DNA from: an uncultured Clostridium sp. | GTDB taxonomy: Bacteria; Bacillota_I; Bacilli_A; RF39; UBA660 | Length of the DNA: 64,000 bases | NCBI GenBank assembly: GCA_964589375.1 | Contig: CAZPSA010000002.1 | Location: forward strand, 6,975-70,974 | Direction: 5' to 3' | Shown: positions 9,607 through 18,600 of the stretch, one piece after another | How the letters are laid out: each line of letters begins with the position of its first letter | Position numbering within the stretch: position 1 is the first letter of the stretch | Translations under genes and position numbers: made by a program | The notes under the pieces: generated by a model | Seen by the model: only the letters and a program-made list of their open reading frames with translations | The model's database searches: none | Told to the model about the DNA's origin: nothing

Positions 9607-10500
9607 TTAACTAATACACGTCCCACTATCTACTAAACCAAGCAAAATATTTAAAAGACTTGGTAGTACCCACAAGGCGGCAATTAAACACAACCTTTTT
9701 ACTAGTCTAGTATTTGCTTTTTTTAAATCATCAGCATTTTTCATAAATACGACAGATAGATATTCATATGCTGTAACAACAGAAGCAAAACACACTGAAA
9801 ATATTTTAAATGCATCTAAGATGTTTTCTAAGTCTGTTTTAAAAGAACCTAGAACACTACAGTTTTCTAAATCTTCTCCTGAAGCATCATAAATATCATT
9901 ATTGCTTGAACCGCTACTACCACTTGATGAACTTCCAGAATTTGATGAATTTCCGGAACTAGAAGTACTACCATTAGAATTCGTACTTGATGAACTAGAA
10001 GTGCCACCAGAATTAGAACTTGTTCCTGATGAACCAGAAGTACCATTTAATTTATAAGGAACACAATCCTCATTCCACTTACACCCATTCTTTTTACAAT
10101 TTTCCTCTTCAGACATACCATCCAATGCATATGTTTCGTTAGTACTCACGCAAGTTCCACTCGTATCATTAAGTGGTTCTCTTACATATATATAAGTTTT
10201 TTTTGCATTTGTATTAACTTTAGTACTTTTTTCAAGAACATATGTTAATTTACAGTAATGTCCTCCTTGGCTAAGAATATTTAAATCCATAGTTGCCCCA
10301 AACATTACAGGATTATCATTTGTAAATGTTTTACTAAAACTCCCGTTATCACAAGAAAACTCAGCAGTTGCAATATTTTTTGCGTTAATAGCTAAATATA
10401 TTTTTTTTTCTACTAAATCATAACTCACATCAGCAAATACATCAGTTTTAAAAAAACAAAATGTCAATAATAAAATGAATATATATATAAATTTTTTCAT
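9607..10500 (-). CDS. Head-domain/pilin fusion 1: signal peptide, Cys-containing head, Ser-rich linker, C-terminal VirB2/TrbC-like pilin
   Basis: Likely start MKKFIY at 10500 (GAGGT RBS); VFA cleavage site; tail has two hydrophobic helices separated by ADDLKKA..R. Confidence 0.65.
   Translation of the reverse strand: MKKFIYIFILLLTFCFFKTDVFADVSYDLVEKKIYLAINAKNIATAEFSCDNGSFSKTFTNDNPVMFGATMDLNILSQGGHYCKLTYVLEKSTKVNTNAKKTYIYVREPLNDTSGTCVSTNETYALDGMSEEENCKKNGCKWNEDCVPYKLNGTSGSSGTSSNSGGTSSSSSTNSNGSTSSSGNSSNSGSSSSGSSGSSNNDIYDASGEDLENCSVLGSFKTDLENILDAFKIFSVCFASVVTAYEYLSVVFMKNADDLKKANTRLVKRLCLIAALWVLPSLLNILLGLVDSGTCIS
10036..10443. repeat. Direct repeat copy 1 (408 bp; homology continues through the Ser linker to about 9910)
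   Basis: Matches 13295-13702 at constant offset 3259 with about 8 mismatches by manual alignment. Confidence 0.95.
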
Positions 10501-10545
10501 AAAATACCTCATTAACTTACAATATTCCATTAAAAATTATAACAT

Positions 10546-10571
10546 AAAAAAAAACAACAGTAAAGTTGTTT
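10546..10571 (-). terminator. Weak intrinsic terminator after the stand-alone pilin gene
   Basis: aaacaac/gttgttt stem followed by a U-tract on the minus strand. Confidence 0.5.
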
Positions 10572-10584
10572 ATACATTTTTAAT

Positions 10585-10950
10585 TTAATCAATGTGATTA
10601 GTGCAAGCATCTGAACCAGGATGTAAAATACAAGCTTCACAAACTTTAAAGTTTGTTGCATCATCATTATAATTAGGTACTAAACTAAAAACCCACATTA
10701 CTATAGTTGGTACAAAATAGATAATAACACCAGCTAAAGCACGCATACCCAAAGTTTTTGCAGATTTCTTAATCTCATCGTCTTTACTAGCAGTAACAGC
10801 TTTACCAAAATCAAACATTCCATAAGCCACGATAATTAGTGGAATGGCAATTTTAAATACAGTTAAAACCCAACCAACTATTTGCAATATTTCAGCAGCA
10901 TTAATACAAATAGAACTTATATCAATCCCATTTAAAAATAAATTTTTCAT
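10585..10950 (-). CDS. VirB2/TrbC-like pilin (probable major pilin)
   Basis: Likely start MKNLF at 10950; KIAIPLIIVAYGMFDFGKAV..DDEIKK..GMRALAGVIIYFVPTI two-helix pilin pattern; C-terminal CxxC..P..C. Confidence 0.75.
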   Translation of the reverse strand: MKNLFLNGIDISSICINAAEILQIVGWVLTVFKIAIPLIIVAYGMFDFGKAVTASKDDEIKKSAKTLGMRALAGVIIYFVPTIVMWVFSLVPNYNDDATNFKVCEACILHPGSDACTNHID

Positions 10951-11023
10951 AATAATTCTCTCCCTTACAACACTTAAATTATATATTAAAAAACCCATAA
11001 TTGTCAATCAATTTAATATATTT

Positions 11024-12073
11024 TTACTTATCTGTAGTCTTTTTTAACCCCAATTTACCTATTAATTCATCAATTACTTGAATTCTTTCTTTTCTTTCAT
11101 CAAAATTTGGCATATTATAAAATACTTTAAGTTTAGTTTCATATTCTAAATTATTTATATCCTCATTCTTAACGCCACTTCTATTTAATACTACTTTGCC
11201 GTTTTTAACTCTTTCTAAGACACCACTATTACTCTTAAAAAGCTTATTAAGTCTTATGATACCCGGCTCAATCAAATATAAAACTTCAGTACATACACCA
11301 TGAGCATCTAAGCCATTTAAATCAACTACTATTACTTCTTCCTCTTTTAAAAGATTAATTTTCATTTTCAAATCTTCTAAAGAAGTTGATGTTACAAATC
11401 TATCATCTCTAAAATAAACATTATCTTGACTATTCATCTCAATACCTTTTACTTTATAATTATAACTCAATTGTTTTATAAGCATATACATTAATGTAGT
11501 AGCACCCGCATGTTCTGTAATATTTTGAATGCCAATTATAATTTTGCCATCTTCTTTTTTTTCTTGCGCATACGTTGTTTTTTCTTCTGGAAAAATACTT
11601 TTCTTACCAAATAAAGATTTTAGGCCAAATGAATTAGGTGTTTCATCTTGATTTTTATCATTTTCAACTCTACTAATATTCATACTATTCATTTTAATAT
11701 ATTTTTGAACATCTTCAATACTATTAGGATGATCAATTAAATACCCAATTGAACTTGCATTTTTAGTAAAATTATAATAACCTTGCTCTACTAATTTAGA
11801 TAAGTAATTTGTACTATTAACTAACTCACTATCATTTAAAAGAATAATAACCTTATTTGGATCAAAAAAAGATAAAAAGTCAAAAAGTGAAGCAAAATCA
11901 TAATAGTTTTTAATAGCAGTTATATCAATAATAACTTTATTATAAAACAAATTAACAAATTCATTTTCAATATCTGATTTATTAAATTCGCCTTCTAACG
12001 TTTTAATTACATCTATCTGTAACTCATTTAAAATTTTACTATTTTGATTTTTAATTAATACATTAATATTCAT
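11024..12073 (-). CDS. Degenerate ParA/MinD-fold protein, TadZ/CpaE-like
   Basis: C-terminal IIGIQNITEHAGATT (deviant Walker A without Lys), VIVVDL, KVVLNRS; N-terminal alpha/beta receiver-like domain. Confidence 0.5.
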   Translation of the reverse strand: MNINVLIKNQNSKILNELQIDVIKTLEGEFNKSDIENEFVNLFYNKVIIDITAIKNYYDFASLFDFLSFFDPNKVIILLNDSELVNSTNYLSKLVEQGYYNFTKNASSIGYLIDHPNSIEDVQKYIKMNSMNISRVENDKNQDETPNSFGLKSLFGKKSIFPEEKTTYAQEKKEDGKIIIGIQNITEHAGATTLMYMLIKQLSYNYKVKGIEMNSQDNVYFRDDRFVTSTSLEDLKMKINLLKEEEVIVVDLNGLDAHGVCTEVLYLIEPGIIRLNKLFKSNSGVLERVKNGKVVLNRSGVKNEDINNLEYETKLKVFYNMPNFDERKERIQVIDELIGKLGLKKTTDK

Positions 12074-12101
12074 GTTATCTTCCTTCTTGCCATTTCATCT
12101 T

Positions 12102-12539
12102 TTATAAATTATCTTTTGCAAAATAAACTGCTTTTGTTTCTCCTGTTATTGGAAAAGTTAGTAAGTCACCAAGCATTGGTAAATCCAACTTAAAAAATAC
12201 TCTAACATAGTAACGAGAACTTGGAATTGTCCCCGAATTATTTACTATTTTTTTTACACAGTATTTATATTTATTACTCTGAACATTTTGTCTAATATAA
12301 CCGGTCTCATCACTTGCACACGTACCATAAACAAAATAACCATTACTTGTCAAATATTTTTCAATTGTTTCTTCCGCACTATCATTATGACCCTCATTTT
12401 CTTCTATTTCTTCAATTATTCCATTTTTAACTTTAAAAGCTTTAGAATAATTTACTGATATAGCAAGATAACCAGTAAATAGAACAATAAATACAATTAC
12501 AATTGAAAAGATCCAAGTACCACCTATTGACTCTCTCAT
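12102..12539 (-). CDS. TadE/pseudopilin-like protein with N-terminal hydrophobic helix
   Basis: Short leader MRESIGG, then one TM and a small beta domain with a Cys pair; lies between Flp-like and TadZ-like genes. Confidence 0.4.
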   Translation of the reverse strand: MRESIGGTWIFSIVIVFIVLFTGYLAISVNYSKAFKVKNGIIEEIEENEGHNDSAEETIEKYLTSNGYFVYGTCASDETGYIRQNVQSNKYKYCVKKIVNNSGTIPSSRYYVRVFFKLDLPMLGDLLTFPITGETKAVYFAKDNL

Positions 12540-12545
12540 AGGAAT

Positions 12546-12776
12546 TTACTTCTTTTCATCGCATGTAATAGTTTGTTGGTGATTATTGTCATCATAAAAA
12601 GTACATGTACATTTTCCATTAATACAAGAAGAACAACTAGCAGCAGAACAATTTGCACTATGAGTAATATTATTTTTAATTACTGGCCAAATAACCGTAG
12701 TAAATAACACCCCAATTGCTGCAATAGCCACTACTGCAATAGCAGTCATACTTAATTCTGAAGAAGCTTCTTTCAT
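12546..12776 (-). CDS. Small Flp/type IV pilin-like protein with Cys-rich tip
   Basis: 76 aa; MKEASSELSMTAIAVVAIAAIG leader-Glu-hydrophobic helix; strong AGGAGG RBS; six Cys in the C-terminus. Confidence 0.45.
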   Translation of the reverse strand: MKEASSELSMTAIAVVAIAAIGVLFTTVIWPVIKNNITHSANCSAASCSSCINGKCTCTFYDDNNHQQTITCDEKK

Positions 12777-12841
12777 TTATAATTCCTCCTATCTTACTAT
12801 TGTAAGTATATAATAAATGTTTATATTTTTCAATTACCTTT

Positions 12842-13768
12842 TTAATCATCACATGTATTTAACGGATCAAATAAACAGTTAATACAATAATGATAATCAG
12901 CTTCCATATCACTATCTAAAAAGTCAATAGTTGTCTTTATTATTGTAGGTAAAAAGAAAATTATTAAACCTGTAAGAACTCTTTTCCCCACCATTATTGC
13001 ATCTTTCTTTAAATCATCACTTTTACCTGAAGAAACAGTTTTGTAAAAGTCAAATGACCCCATCAATACAATAGCAAGTGGAATAACAATTTTAATCATA
13101 ACAATTGTAATACCAACTATTCTAAGTCCTGCTTTAATATCATAACAAAATGTTGATGCATCAAATGGTTCATTATCATTCCTATCTAAGTTAGTTGAAT
13201 TTGATGAACCACTAGTTCCACTTGATGAACTTCCAAAATTTGATGAATTTCCGAAACTAGAAGTACTACCATTAGAATTCGTACTCGATGAACTAGAAGT
13301 ACCACTTAATTTATAAGGAACACAATCCCCATTCCACTTACACCCATTCTTTTTACAATTTTCCTCTTCAGACATACCATCAAATGCATTCGATTCGTTA
13401 GTACTCACGCAAGTTCCACTCGTATCATTAAGTGGTTCTCTTACATATATATAAGTTTTTTTTGCATTTGTATTAACTTTAGTACTTTTTTCAAGAACAT
13501 ATGTTAATTTACAGTAATGTCCTCCTTGGCTAAGAATATTTAAATCCATAGTTGCCCCAAACATTACAGGATTATCATTTGTAAATGTTTTACTAAAACT
13601 CCCGTTATCACAAGAAAACTCAGCAGTTGCAATATTTTTTGCGTTAATAGCTAAGTATATTTTTTTTTCTACTAAATCATAACTAACATCAGCAAATACA
13701 TCTTTTTTAGTTCCCCAGAAAACTAAAAAGGCAAATATTAGCCATAAAGCTTTCTTATTCATAATCAT
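12842..13768 (-). CDS. Head-domain/pilin fusion 2: same head as fusion 1, different signal peptide and pilin tail
   Basis: Start at 13768 or 13762 after GGGGAG; tail KIVIPLAIVLMGSFDFYKTV..DDLKK..GKRVLTGLIIFFLPTI..CINCLFDP paralogous to the 10585-10950 pilin. Confidence 0.7.
   Translation of the reverse strand: MIMNKKALWLIFAFLVFWGTKKDVFADVSYDLVEKKIYLAINAKNIATAEFSCDNGSFSKTFTNDNPVMFGATMDLNILSQGGHYCKLTYVLEKSTKVNTNAKKTYIYVREPLNDTSGTCVSTNESNAFDGMSEEENCKKNGCKWNGDCVPYKLSGTSSSSSTNSNGSTSSFGNSSNFGSSSSGTSGSSNSTNLDRNDNEPFDASTFCYDIKAGLRIVGITIVMIKIVIPLAIVLMGSFDFYKTVSSGKSDDLKKDAIMVGKRVLTGLIIFFLPTIIKTTIDFLDSDMEADYHYCINCLFDPLNTCDD
13295..13702. repeat. Direct repeat copy 2 (homology continues to about 13206)
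   Basis: Near-identical to 10036-10443. Confidence 0.95.
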
Positions 13769-14930
13769 ACTCCCCTGCACCTTTATTATCGTTATCATTT
13801 TTTAAATTTCTAACAAACTTATAAGCAACTACTCCCCCAATACCTATTACAATAATTACAATAAGTATAACCGCAATATTCTTAGATTTAGAAATAGTAA
13901 TTGTATAAATATTATCTTTATTATCACTGCTTGTTACAATAATATTAATTTTACTACCATTTTTTAAATTTGAGTTGCCCATTACCTCATATTCAGCATC
14001 TTCATCCTCGACCGTAATATCAAATTCTAAACTACTTACATCACGATCAACCTTTAATTTATAATTATTTTTTTCTGGACTAAACTCCAATTTATATCCT
14101 TTAATTACTAAACTTTCAATTAAATTACTATGTACCCCATCAACAAAACTAACATTTAAAAAATACGTTCTTGTTTCTCCATTTTCCGCAGTTACAATTA
14201 TTTCAATTGGAGTATCTTCTTTAATATTATCATTATTTTTTATTTCAACCTTACTTTTTTCAGACTCAGGCTTTGCCTCAACCTCTATATAAGTTACATC
14301 TTTTTCAACTTCAATATTATAATTTAAATTATCTTTTTCAAAAATAATTGTTCCATCAGATAATTTTATTGATGCCAAGTAATTATTGCTATCTTTAACC
14401 GGAGCAGTTGTTGTGGTGGTGGTAGTAGTTGTGGTCGTGGTTGTCGTTGTAGTAGTCGTTGTCGTTGTAGTAGTCGTTGGCTTTTTTGTTGTAGTCGGCT
14501 TTTTAGTCGTCGTTGTAGGTTTTTTAGTTGTTGTCGTTGTTGGCTTAATATAAGTCTTCCCATCACTTGTTCTACCACAATCATAATAATATACAGTTGT
14601 ACAATATTTATAAATATTATTTGGATAACAAGAGTTTTTATATTGTTCACACCCACTGTTTGTTACAATCTTATACATATCTTTATTACCATTAGTACAA
14701 GTAACAATATCATAAGTTAAATATGCTCCTTTTTCCCAATTACCACTAGTACAGACAGCTTTCATACATTGTCCATAATAGCCATATCCATTAGTAGAAA
14801 ATTCCTTAGTTTGAAAGTTAATACAACTATCAAAAGTCGTACTACTACTAACAGGTGTATAAGCATCAATCGCATATACATTAACTCCATAAAATAAAGT
14901 TAAAATAAAAATTAATAATTTCTTTTTCAT
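13755..14930 (-). CDS. Surface protein: Cys-rich head, Thr-rich stalk, two cadherin-like beta-sandwich domains, C-terminal TM
   Basis: Signal peptide ending VYA; SNNYLASIKL..F..NY..VTAENGETRTY repeats; TM plus charged tail. Confidence 0.75.
   Translation of the reverse strand: MKKKLLIFILTLFYGVNVYAIDAYTPVSSSTTFDSCINFQTKEFSTNGYGYYGQCMKAVCTSGNWEKGAYLTYDIVTCTNGNKDMYKIVTNSGCEQYKNSCYPNNIYKYCTTVYYYDCGRTSDGKTYIKPTTTTTKKPTTTTKKPTTTKKPTTTTTTTTTTTTTTTTTTTTTTTTAPVKDSNNYLASIKLSDGTIIFEKDNLNYNIEVEKDVTYIEVEAKPESEKSKVEIKNNDNIKEDTPIEIIVTAENGETRTYFLNVSFVDGVHSNLIESLVIKGYKLEFSPEKNNYKLKVDRDVSSLEFDITVEDEDAEYEVMGNSNLKNGSKINIIVTSSDNKDNIYTITISKSKNIAVILIVIIVIGIGGVVAYKFVRNLKNDNDNKGAGEYDYE
14407..14541. repeat. Low-complexity Thr/Lys-Pro codon array (TTTTTKKP x3 then poly-Thr)
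   Basis: gtt/gtc/gta/gtg triplet array encoding a mucin-like linker. Confidence 0.85.
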
Positions 14931-14944
14931 AACAAAACCTCTTT

Positions 14945-14976
14945 AAAAAAAAGAATGCCAGTAATGGCATCCTTTT
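14945..14976 (-). terminator. Intrinsic terminator after 15022-15690
   Basis: atgcca-gtaa-tggcat hairpin with 8-nt U-tract on the minus strand. Confidence 0.75.
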
Positions 14977-15021
14977 ATAGATCCAAGACCTATATTAATA
15001 ATATCATAAAATTATTAATAA

Positions 15022-15690
15022 TTAAATCTTTTTAAAAACATTTTTCTTATTTACTAAATATAAAACTCCACTAATAACAATAATTGCAGGAATTAATACT
15101 TTATAATAATCTTCAACCCCAGTTTGAGGATTTTTATTATCATCTTTAGTAGTATCATCTTTTTTATTATCTACCGCAGTAGTCGTATTATTATCAGTAT
15201 TCGTATTATCTTTATTATCACTACTTACAAAAGCAGTTCCATCTGGATTATAAGCACAGTTGTATGAATAAATTCTCGTAGCAAATGCATAAGCCCCAGT
15301 TGCAGAATCTAACTTATTAGTATCAGGTGCACAAGAAGCATCTTTAGCTAAAGTAACAACTTGACTTGTAGCTAATTTATCAGCACCACTACTTGATATT
15401 TCTTTTAATGGGTTCTTATTCCCATTCGCACACACAACCTTATTATCAAAGCTATTATCAATATAATGAACATTTTTACCATTTTCACACTTAACAGCAA
15501 TACATTCTAAATAATAACCATTTGTCGCATTTGTATAACCATCATTCTCTTTTTCAGCATTCTGACAAACATTCTTAATTTCTGCATTATCCGCAATCGC
15601 GCTACCAACTGAATTTGTATTTCCGTCTACTGCCGCAAATACACTTACTGGCATTAATAAACTAATCAATAACAATATTTTCTTTTTCAT
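15022..15690 (-). CDS. Cys-rich surface protein with NPQTG sortase-type sorting signal
   Basis: Signal peptide ending VFA; D/N/T-rich linker; NPQTG + hydrophobic helix + KKNVFKKI. Confidence 0.7.
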   Translation of the reverse strand: MKKKILLLISLLMPVSVFAAVDGNTNSVGSAIADNAEIKNVCQNAEKENDGYTNATNGYYLECIAVKCENGKNVHYIDNSFDNKVVCANGNKNPLKEISSSGADKLATSQVVTLAKDASCAPDTNKLDSATGAYAFATRIYSYNCAYNPDGTAFVSSDNKDNTNTDNNTTTAVDNKKDDTTKDDNKNPQTGVEDYYKVLIPAIIVISGVLYLVNKKNVFKKI

Positions 15691-15698
15691 ACTATCAA

Positions 15699-18600
15699 CT
15701 ACCCTTCTATATAATCTTTTTTACTATTTGATTTTCTCTTCATCATTATTATTATGCTCGCTCCGACTAAAATTACTCCTCCAACCACAGCAGCAGTTAT
15801 TTCTAATTTTTTATTATATTTATCTTTCTCAATATTCAATGAATATACTTTAGTATCCCCATTTTCCGCAATAACTTTAATTTTAATTATACTAAACGCA
15901 TTTAAATCATTATTTCCATACATATAAACTTCAGAACGATTATCTTCAGCAGTTGCCGTTATTAATAAAGTCTTCTCTCTTTTAATTTTAACTGTATAAT
16001 CTAATATTTCCGGTTTAAACCCAATGCTATAATTTTTAACAGTTAATGAACTAAGTGCAGTATTAGATGCAATAGATAAACCACTTTCTTTTCTATTTAC
16101 ATATACACTATAAATTCTAGTTTTCTTACCATTTACAACCGTTATTTCAATTAAGTTACTACCAACTCTAAATCCATTATCACCAACAATCTTAACAGTT
16201 GCGTTATTACTTTCAGCAAAAGCATAAACTGGAAGTCTATCTACCTCATATCCAACTGAAACAGTATATGAATAAGTTTCTTTATCAAATACTAAAGATG
16301 TTCCCGGAATACTTAAAGAGTTTAAGTAGGTACTATCTTTAATATTAGTTTCATCTACATCTCCCTTAATGAAAGTTAAAACATAACTTCTAACAATTCC
16401 CGCTTCACTAACAGTTTTTAATACAGCAGATGTTGAATCACCATTTAATTCTATTGTTCTTGGCTCATACCCTTGAACAAATGAAGCTTTTTCACTTTCT
16501 AAAGTTCCATTTATTGATACTTTTGTAGTCTTTTTAGAAACTTTAATATCATAATTTGTAACATAAGGATTAAAATCTATACTACCAGAACTAATCTTAA
16601 TATCACTTAAAATATTATTACTTTCTCTATCATCAACTCTATTAATAATAAAAGTATATGTTCTAATTTTACCATTATTATTAACTATTCTTATTAATTG
16701 AATATTTTTACCATATTCTAAATCTACAGTCCTTGGTTCAAATCCTTCAACATATGAAGCATCTTTACTCGTTAAAGTTGCATATATCGCAATTTTATTT
16801 TTATTTACTGTTAACTCATAAGCTGTTGTTAAAGCATCAAACCCTGCTAAAACACTATCATTTTTTAAAGTATTAGCTAAATTTACATATTTTCCATTTG
16901 AAATAAGCGTATCATGATATGCCGTTGTATTATCATCAATTGGTCTAAAATCAAAAGTTTCACTACCATCTTCACTTTTTAACTCTATAGTTTGAAGAGT
17001 GGTTGATGTATCTGGATCAAGCACCTTACTCATAGATGGATAGCTAATTCTATTTTTATTATTCATAACCCAAACAAAGTAAGTACCAGCCCCTAAGTTT
17101 TCCCTGGCTACTAAAGAGCTATCTTCAAAACTAATCCAATCTGATGAAATTGATGGTTCTATACCATTAGATATAAAGTAACCTTTAATTCCATGATTAC
17201 CATTATCAGTTGCTGTTATTTTTACTGTACCAAGTCCATCATTTCGAACTATGCTACCACTTGTTGAAACACTTGGTCTTTCAATATAAGTACAACTAAC
17301 ATTATAAGTTCTATGGCAAGTATTCGCCGTAGAATTATAACAAGTATTTTCAATTTCTTTATATACTCTATCGTAACCATCAGCACATTTTACATTTTCT
17401 ATATTATCCCCAGTTTTACCAGTTGAATAAGAATTTTCAGCTACTTTTGTATAACATAAAGTATATTTATATTCACCTTTAATATTCGCTTTTACTTCAC
17501 TTTGAGTACAACTTTCTTCCTTACTAGAAGTAGTATTATTTTTTTTCGTTGTACTAGTATTAGGTTTCTTTGTTGTGGTTGTAGTTGCTGGACAACTAGG
17601 TTTAGTTCTAGTTAAATCAGTAATTTTTACATAATTTATACTTCCAGTGCTTGCACTTATTTTACAAGAACCATTAGTATCACATAAATCACCCAAAGAA
17701 CTTCCTAAATTAATTGAGCTGCCACATTTAAGTGCATCACTCTTAGTAGTTAAACTTTGATTAGTATATGCAGTTGCTCCGCTTTTTAAATACAATGTCT
17801 TATTAGAACAACTATTTATATTAGATGAACTAGATAGTTTACTTTTATATACTTTAGTTGTAGTCATAACCTTTTGATTATTAATACTAGTTACTTCACA
17901 AACATTATTTGAATCACATTTTGTAACATAAATTTTATCTCCACAATAAACATCTTCTCCAGAATATAAGGCGCCTTCATTAGCATAAAAATAAGCATTA
18001 AAGGTTTCTTCGGTAGTTTCTGGAATTGGAATTACTACAGTATCGCTTGTAGAACTACTGCTAGAGCCACTAGATGAACTATTACCTCGCCAATAAACTT
18101 TAGCTTCACTGCCAGACGCTTCATAGCAGTAAGTTGAACCAGTATTCTTAGTACATAAATCTGCACTTAAACCATTATCTTTATTTTTTAAAGTTTCCCC
18201 TTCAATAATACAGCTATTTGTTCCTATTGTACATGTCAGTATATAATTATTATTACTTGATGAACTAGATGAGCTAGATGAACCAGTACTACCACTTGGA
18301 GTATTGCCACCACTTGTATTATCTGAATATGATAATATTTTTTTAGCAGGATAAATAGCGACCATAACATTACTGCCGCCATAAAAATTATAGCAAACAT
18401 CCTCTTTATAACTACCATAACGCGTATCATCACATTTAGCAATCGCGTTGCCACTATAAACCAACCAAGCACTACTACCACCCTTGGTTGATTGCCACTT
18501 GCAATCAACATTTAATTGACACATTGTAAGATATTTGTCTGAAGTTTTTACATACTTATAATATGTGTTTGCCGCCATAATTTCTTCATTTACTGCGCCG

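Noticed and set aside
10401-13668. A9 tracts in both head domains as phase-variation switches
   Set aside because: Both are in frame, and 8-9 nt A/T runs are common in this AT-rich sequence
10036-13702. Diversity-generating retroelement (TR/VR pair) explanation for the 408 bp repeat
   Set aside because: Mismatches are not confined to adenines of one copy (G/T and T/C differences occur), both copies are coding, and no reverse transcriptase is in the window
315-13768. Calling the T4SS region an ICE or mobile element
   Set aside because: No integrase, relaxase, VirD4, tRNA target or att repeats seen, and no boundary toward the housekeeping genes; cannot be fully excluded because the operon runs off the left edge
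14366-14656. 96 aa Gln/Arg/Leu-rich ORF
   Set aside because: Alternative frame of the Thr-codon array within the 13755-14930 gene
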